Source: a virus. From it: a stretch of 64,000 nt of DNA. Position 1 is the stretch's first letter; every line of letters begins with the position of its first letter. Below the pieces are notes generated by a model. It ran no database searches. It saw nothing but the letters and a program-made list of their open reading frames with translations, and was not told the origin of the DNA. This document shows positions 59,301 through 64,000 of the stretch, one piece after another. The position numbers and the translations under genes are program-made. The stretch lies in IMG/VR virus record IMGVR_UViG_3300025102_000012, positions 28,809 to 92,808 of that record, one strand, 5' to 3'.

Positions 59301-60041
59301 ATGACATGGCAAGATATTCTAAAACGCCTAAGTTCTTATGAAAGAGCGACGGTTGAAGAGTTTGCCTTTGAAGAGTTATTTAAAAATAGAAGAAATATTA
59401 AAATTCCTAAAAGAAGAGATACTAAGGAAGTTAGTCGTGGGTTTTCCCCTTCTCGCCCTGCCATTAAGACAGGCGAGCAAATCCAAGCCGACAAAGAAAA
59501 ACTAAAACAAAAAGGGGAAAGGCAGAAAAAGATAAATCTCTATATTAAGAATATTGAATATACGGAAAAGAAGTCGAATGATAATTTAAAGATTCTTATT
59601 GACAAGATAGAACTCTACGAAGCAACAAGCAGATTCGCAAGAGAAGATTTGGATAAACTAGAAAGTGATAGCACAATTGACTCCGAAGATGAAAGGATTC
59701 TCTCTCTTGAAAATAGAATAAAACAAATAAGCGAAGATTCCGAAGAATTTATTGTTTATCACATTGTATATTATTTTATTGATGTTGTTAAGCGGTTTGT
59801 TAGACTAATGGAACAAAGAAATACAATTCCTAAACAGGGAGAAGCAACGGAAGCGCATTTAATAGAAACAGTAGGTTTAGACGACGAGGATAAGCAAAGA
59901 ATAGAGAGAGCATTTGTTAATACAAAGAAAGCCCTACTAGAAAATTATAAAAAATATGATAAATATGTTGGTTTTCTAAGAGAGGATAAAGAAAATTTTG
60001 ATAAATATAAAGAACTAAAAGAAAAATTAAAAGGTGAATAA
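59301..60041 (+). CDS. MxW-tag family coiled-coil protein (MTWQDILK)
   Basis: ATG at 59301. Confidence 0.6.
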   Translation: MTWQDILKRLSSYERATVEEFAFEELFKNRRNIKIPKRRDTKEVSRGFSPSRPAIKTGEQIQADKEKLKQKGERQKKINLYIKNIEYTEKKSNDNLKILIDKIELYEATSRFAREDLDKLESDSTIDSEDERILSLENRIKQISEDSEEFIVYHIVYYFIDVVKRFVRLMEQRNTIPKQGEATEAHLIETVGLDDEDKQRIERAFVNTKKALLENYKKYDKYVGFLREDKENFDKYKELKEKLKGE

Positions 60042-60042
60042 T

Positions 60043-60222
60043 ATGACATGGAAAGAAATTTTAAAAGAAAAAAATGATGATGAAATCTTGGAAAAAAACA
60101 AAGATAAGCCGGATTATATTGATTTAGATAAAGACGGCGATAAGAAAGAATCTATGAAACAAGCGGCTAAAGATGCTAAAAAGAAAAAAGGAACAAATAA
60201 TGCTTTTATGGCTAGGGATTAA
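60043..60222 (+). CDS. MxW-tag family protein (MTWKEILK) with DxDxDG motif
   Basis: KPDYIDLDKDGDKKESMK. Confidence 0.6.
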   Translation: MTWKEILKEKNDDEILEKNKDKPDYIDLDKDGDKKESMKQAAKDAKKKKGTNNAFMARD

Positions 60223-60224
60223 TT

Positions 60225-60380
60225 ATGACATGGAAAAAAATTCTAAAGAATGAAGATGAAGAGGAACTTCCGGAGCATGTTAAAAGAGCGAGAGAAAGAG
60301 TAAGACAGGGATTACCTTCTAAAGAACAACCGCTTATTTCTCAATTTGATGATAAAAAGAGAATGAAGAGTGATGAATAA
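60225..60380 (+). CDS. MxW-tag family protein (MTWKKILK, 51 aa)
   Basis: Read manually; below the ORF-track cutoff. Confidence 0.55.
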   Translation: MTWKKILKNEDEEELPEHVKRARERVRQGLPSKEQPLISQFDDKKRMKSDE

Positions 60381-60381
60381 T

Positions 60382-60489
60382 ATGACAAGGTGTAATTATC
60401 TCGATAAGTGGTTTGATGCAAAGTCAAAAGAAGTAGACAAGAAAGAGGCAAAGTCAAAGAAGTGTTTTGTTACAGGTGGTAAGAAATGA
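60382..60489 (+). CDS. Small hypothetical protein (35 aa)
   Basis: MTRCNYLDKWFD...CFVTGGKK; read manually. Confidence 0.4.
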   Translation: MTRCNYLDKWFDAKSKEVDKKEAKSKKCFVTGGKK

Positions 60490-61031
60490 GTTGGGAAGAT
60501 GTATTGAAGAGAAAGAAGGTCGTTGATGGATTTTATACTAGTGGAGAGAATGAAGCCCGTAGAAGGGCATTTAAGTCACTTAAAAATAAATATCCCACAT
60601 ACCCCACATTTTACAACGAAAAAGAAAGAAAACAATTTAATAAAGAACTCAAAAGAAAAATTAGAGAAGAAATGAAAAAAGTTAGGAGAGAAGGATATAC
60701 AATGTCGCTACCGGCTCACCGCCAACCAAGAGGTAAAACTAGACCAAGAGATTCTAAAAAAGTTAGAGATGCACAAAGAGACAAGCGAGAACAAGAAGAA
60801 GCATTTGGCGATGTAACAGATTCACCTAGTTATGAACAACCTCAACCAAAGGCAAATCAACAAAGAAAAAGAAAAAAGGTAGGGTTTGGAATGGCAGGTA
60901 ACAAAACTAACCCAATGCCAAGAAAGGCTAGAATGAAAGCAAGAAATCGCCCATATAATCCATTTTCAGGAGAAGGCAGACAGGTTGGTAAGAAAAAGCA
61001 TCATCACAAGTATTTAGGTGATAAGAAATGA
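60486..61031 (+). CDS. MxW-tag family, highly basic protein (MSWEDVLK)
   Basis: R/K-rich, likely disordered. Confidence 0.6.
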   Translation: MSWEDVLKRKKVVDGFYTSGENEARRRAFKSLKNKYPTYPTFYNEKERKQFNKELKRKIREEMKKVRREGYTMSLPAHRQPRGKTRPRDSKKVRDAQRDKREQEEAFGDVTDSPSYEQPQPKANQQRKRKKVGFGMAGNKTNPMPRKARMKARNRPYNPFSGEGRQVGKKKHHHKYLGDKK

Positions 61032-61168
61032 ATTGGAGAGATATTCTTAAAGTAGAAAGCGACGAGGAGAAAATGGCGGGAGCAGTAACTACATCCTCTT
61101 CTCCTGCTTTATTTAACATTTCATACGGGAAAAAGAGGAAGAAAGATGGCGAAGAAGAAGAAGATTAA
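61028..61168 (+). CDS. MxW-tag family protein (MNWRDILK, 46 aa)
   Basis: Read manually; ATGA overlap. Confidence 0.55.
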   Translation: MNWRDILKVESDEEKMAGAVTTSSSPALFNISYGKKRKKDGEEEED

Positions 61169-62255
61169 TGTTGGCGGAAATAATTTTAATCAAGATTTTA
61201 ACAACTTAAAATTTGTTAAAGACTATGATGAATGGAAAAATAACTGTTTAAGTATTAGTGGGGAAAGTATTGGTGTCGTCAATATTCCAACTCTTTATGA
61301 TTTTCTAATTGTGCATGTATTTGAAAACATTAGGCCTAATTCCGTGAATTTAGGAAGAGATGGAGAAGGGGCGATTGAGGCTCTTACTGCGATAGAAAAA
61401 ATAATGGATGAACAGGTATTAACTAATTTAGATATTTCTAAAATTAGAAAATTAGCAAATACATTAAAGAATTTAGAAACAGAAGATACTCTTAATCCAA
61501 AGGACATAGTTTTTACTGAAACTACTTACGATAGAGCCGGTGATGTTAGTGGAGAAAGAAGATTAGCCGGTCACTACAGAACACCCGAATATGTTAAGAG
61601 GTCTAAAAGCCAAAACACACTACCTGCTGTTCCTTCCGGTTGGTATTCGGGAACAGGTAATCCTCCTTCTTGGGCTTTATTTGGTGGTAATTCTACTTAT
61701 GCAAAACCAACTGGGCTTGTTGAAATAATGGAAGGAATCACTGATGAACTAGGAAAAGAAGGTACAGGAATATCAATTAGAGATTTAGAAATTGTTGATA
61801 TTAAAGGTAGAAACCAAGTTGATAATTTGTCCGGTATTCGTGGCGTTGAGAAATATTTTGATGATATAATTACCAAAGAACAATTTTGGAAGGGAGGAAA
61901 ACTTCTAGTTGGTAAAGTCGCTGATGATTTTAGCGCCCAACAATTTAAACCAACTCCTAGAGAACAAAGTAAAGTTAGGGCATTAGCAGGATTAGGAACA
62001 GGTAAAGATTCAATAGCAGGTATTATTAGAGAATTTAAAATTACTTCAACGGCACTTCCTATCATTGATTTAGTAAATGCCGCTTTAGTTAGAGCAGGAA
62101 CAAATAAAGCGCCCGATGGATATAGAGCGTGGCAAAATGCTAGAAGAGGCGGGTTTGATTATAGAAAAACTAGAAGAGAAAAGTTCGGTGAAGGTACTCA
62201 AAGTCCTGATAGCAAGGTAATTTCTAAAAAATGGCAATCTTATCTTTGGAGATGA
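61146..62255 (+). CDS. Hypothetical protein (369 aa)
   Basis: Long ORF; ends KWQSYLWR. Confidence 0.6.
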   Translation: MAKKKKINVGGNNFNQDFNNLKFVKDYDEWKNNCLSISGESIGVVNIPTLYDFLIVHVFENIRPNSVNLGRDGEGAIEALTAIEKIMDEQVLTNLDISKIRKLANTLKNLETEDTLNPKDIVFTETTYDRAGDVSGERRLAGHYRTPEYVKRSKSQNTLPAVPSGWYSGTGNPPSWALFGGNSTYAKPTGLVEIMEGITDELGKEGTGISIRDLEIVDIKGRNQVDNLSGIRGVEKYFDDIITKEQFWKGGKLLVGKVADDFSAQQFKPTPREQSKVRALAGLGTGKDSIAGIIREFKITSTALPIIDLVNAALVRAGTNKAPDGYRAWQNARRGGFDYRKTRREKFGEGTQSPDSKVISKKWQSYLWR

Positions 62256-62260
62256 TTTCT

Positions 62261-62923
62261 ATGATAACAAGAAAACGCTGTGGTTTTTGCCAACATGAAG
62301 ATAGGGCAGAATTAGAGCGAATGCTTGAAAGTAGAGAAATGACTTGTGATGAGTTAGATGAAAAATATGGATGGAGAAGTGGAACTGCGGCTCAACACCA
62401 AAGAAATCATATGGGGGATTATGTCAATAGTAGTAATCCTAAATGCGTATTATGTACAGACCCAATGAGAAAACATTATGAAACTGCTATACACAATGGA
62501 GAAATAAATTCAGATGCAGTAGCAACGGCATTAGATACTACGAAACAACAAATTCAAAGACATATGAAACATCATCTTACTCCTATTGTTCAAGAAAGTG
62601 CGGCTATGATTATTGCTCAAAAAGAATTAAATGAAGTAGATTTACTTTCTAACAATGTTCAAAAATTAGATGTAAGATTAGAACAAGTATTCAACGACTT
62701 AGGAAACGATTTAGACCCTAAGATGATTGATGCTTTGACTAAACTTGCTAGAGAAATTAGAGAGTCGCTAAAATATCTTATGGAGTTTAAGGGTAAATTG
62801 GTTCACAAGAGACAAGATACAATTATAGTTCATCAAATGCAAATAGTCCAAGAAGTGTTGGCGCAAAACAATCCCGAAATTTGGTTAGACATTAAGAAAA
62901 GAATGCAGGAGAAATTACAATGA
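62261..62923 (+). CDS. Putative terminase small subunit-like protein (two CxxC...H..HM repeats plus coiled coil)
   Basis: CGFC...HQRNHM and CVLC...RHMKHH repeats, then a helical region. Confidence 0.45.
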   Translation: MITRKRCGFCQHEDRAELERMLESREMTCDELDEKYGWRSGTAAQHQRNHMGDYVNSSNPKCVLCTDPMRKHYETAIHNGEINSDAVATALDTTKQQIQRHMKHHLTPIVQESAAMIIAQKELNEVDLLSNNVQKLDVRLEQVFNDLGNDLDPKMIDALTKLAREIRESLKYLMEFKGKLVHKRQDTIIVHQMQIVQEVLAQNNPEIWLDIKKRMQEKLQ

Positions 62924-63084
62924 ATTGGGAAGATATATTAAAAGAGGAAAAAAGAACTAAAGAAATGATGGCTGAAATAAAACAAAGCCTTCACGAATTA
63001 TTATTTGACGGTGAAAGAAAAGAAAGAATTACCGTTCCGAGAGAATTTCTTCATTTGATTTGGGGAATGCTTAGTGATTATTAA
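62920..63084 (+). CDS. MxW-tag family protein (MNWEDILK, 54 aa)
   Basis: Read manually; GGAG SD, ATGA overlap. Confidence 0.55.
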   Translation: MNWEDILKEEKRTKEMMAEIKQSLHELLFDGERKERITVPREFLHLIWGMLSDY

Positions 63085-63101
63085 TGCAGGAGTGATTCAT
63101 A

Positions 63102-63461
63102 ATGAGTTGGGAAGGTATATTGAAAAACGAATTTACGCTTTGGGCTAAAGTAGAAGACACTAGAAATTGGATGGAACTAGCAAAAGAAATAGGCTCAAGA
63201 GAGGATATGTTTGAGGTAGCAAAACATGAGGCAAGAAAAATAGGTAGGACAGTAGTGGGTAGTGCTTCCGAAGGTAAAATAGTTACTATTGATGAAGGCA
63301 TTTTTGAAAATGTTACCGAGCCTTTAATTTATTATGTAATTAAACCAACAGGAGATTCCGCACCCGACCCTTCTTACATACCTAATACTACCGAGTCCAA
63401 TACCGCAGAAGGAGTCCAAAGAAGATTTAGGGGAGATTTCGATATTAGCGAAAGATATTAA
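63102..63461 (+). CDS. MxW-tag family protein (MSWEGILK)
   Basis: ORF track. Confidence 0.6.
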   Translation: MSWEGILKNEFTLWAKVEDTRNWMELAKEIGSREDMFEVAKHEARKIGRTVVGSASEGKIVTIDEGIFENVTEPLIYYVIKPTGDSAPDPSYIPNTTESNTAEGVQRRFRGDFDISERY

Positions 63462-63473
63462 GGAGAAATTACA

Positions 63474-63746
63474 ATGAGTTGGAAAGATATACTTAAAATG
63501 AGTCCAGCACCGGAACTGATTAAATTAGGTGGAGTTTTCTATGGGTTAAACTTCAATAGGCCAATTAGTCGTAAAGGATTCTATAACTATTTGCCCCTAC
63601 ATATAGAAACTAAAAGAATAACTGATGTTGGTGAATTCTTATCGGGAGATGGTGTTGATGTTGATATTGCTGACGCAGATGAACATGCTTTTGTAGGCCG
63701 TAGAGGAGAAATGGCAGAAAACTATTTTAGGATGAAAAATCAATAA
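63474..63746 (+). CDS. MxW-tag family protein (MSWKDILK)
   Basis: ORF track. Confidence 0.6.
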   Translation: MSWKDILKMSPAPELIKLGGVFYGLNFNRPISRKGFYNYLPLHIETKRITDVGEFLSGDGVDVDIADADEHAFVGRRGEMAENYFRMKNQ

Positions 63747-63757
63747 GAGAGATTACA

Positions 63758-63988
63758 ATGAAAAAATCGGAAGAATATACTAAAGAAGTTGGAGAACTAA
63801 TGACCACTTTAGGAAAATTGTCATTAAAATCATCAGAAGCATTAACCCAAATGACTAGGCTTTCTCAAGAGAATAAAGATGAGTTTTTAACAGAAAGACT
63901 ATTAGAGGCTTTAGAAATTAAAAAGCAATTTGATGAAACTATGGTCAAAATAATTAACAACCTTGTAAGAAGAGAAGATATGAGATAA
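63758..63988 (+). CDS. Coiled-coil hypothetical protein
   Basis: ORF track. Confidence 0.5.
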   Translation: MKKSEEYTKEVGELMTTLGKLSLKSSEALTQMTRLSQENKDEFLTERLLEALEIKKQFDETMVKIINNLVRREDMR

Positions 63989-64000
63989 AGTGATTTCAAT

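Noticed and set aside
1-64000. tRNA/rRNA genes, integrase, transposase, major capsid, portal, large terminase
   Set aside because: No recognisable cloverleaf or protein motifs found by eye; tRNAscan-SE and HMM searches are needed to exclude them formally.

Overview
AT-rich segment of a large head-tailed (Caudoviricetes) archaeal virus genome. The gene content best fits a 'Magrovirus' of Marine Group II/Poseidoniales; this is inferred from content alone, with no database search. Four blocks: (1) 0.1-19.3 kb, + strand: neck/tail module (adaptor, tail terminator with a probable ATT start, tail tube, frameshifted tail chaperones, tape measure, distal tail, 2435-aa tail-tip protein, fibre). (2) 19.3-52.4 kb, - strand: archaeal-type replication, repair and host-takeover block (exonuclease, MCM-like ATPase, XPF nuclease, primase, Cas4-like nuclease, split family-B polymerase, PCNA, RPA-like SSB, RFC, ATP-dependent ligase, two histone-fold proteins, PC4, GroEL/GroES, TFB, MazG) plus a JAB + E1/ThiF + ubiquitin-like set. 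(3) 52.4-58.4 kb: repeat-rich strand-switch region, then small gene or RNA cassettes delimited by ten copies of a bipartite palindrome CAAAG-N3-8-ACCATATGGT-N0-8-CTTTG. (4) 58.8-64 kb: ten otherwise dissimilar ORFs sharing an N-terminal M[TSN]W-x-x-I-L-K-like tag, around a putative small terminase subunit. Capsid, portal and large terminase were not seen in the window. Top candidates for novel biology: the palindrome-delimited cassette array (with a structured ncRNA), the viral ubiquitin-like system and the N-terminal tag family.
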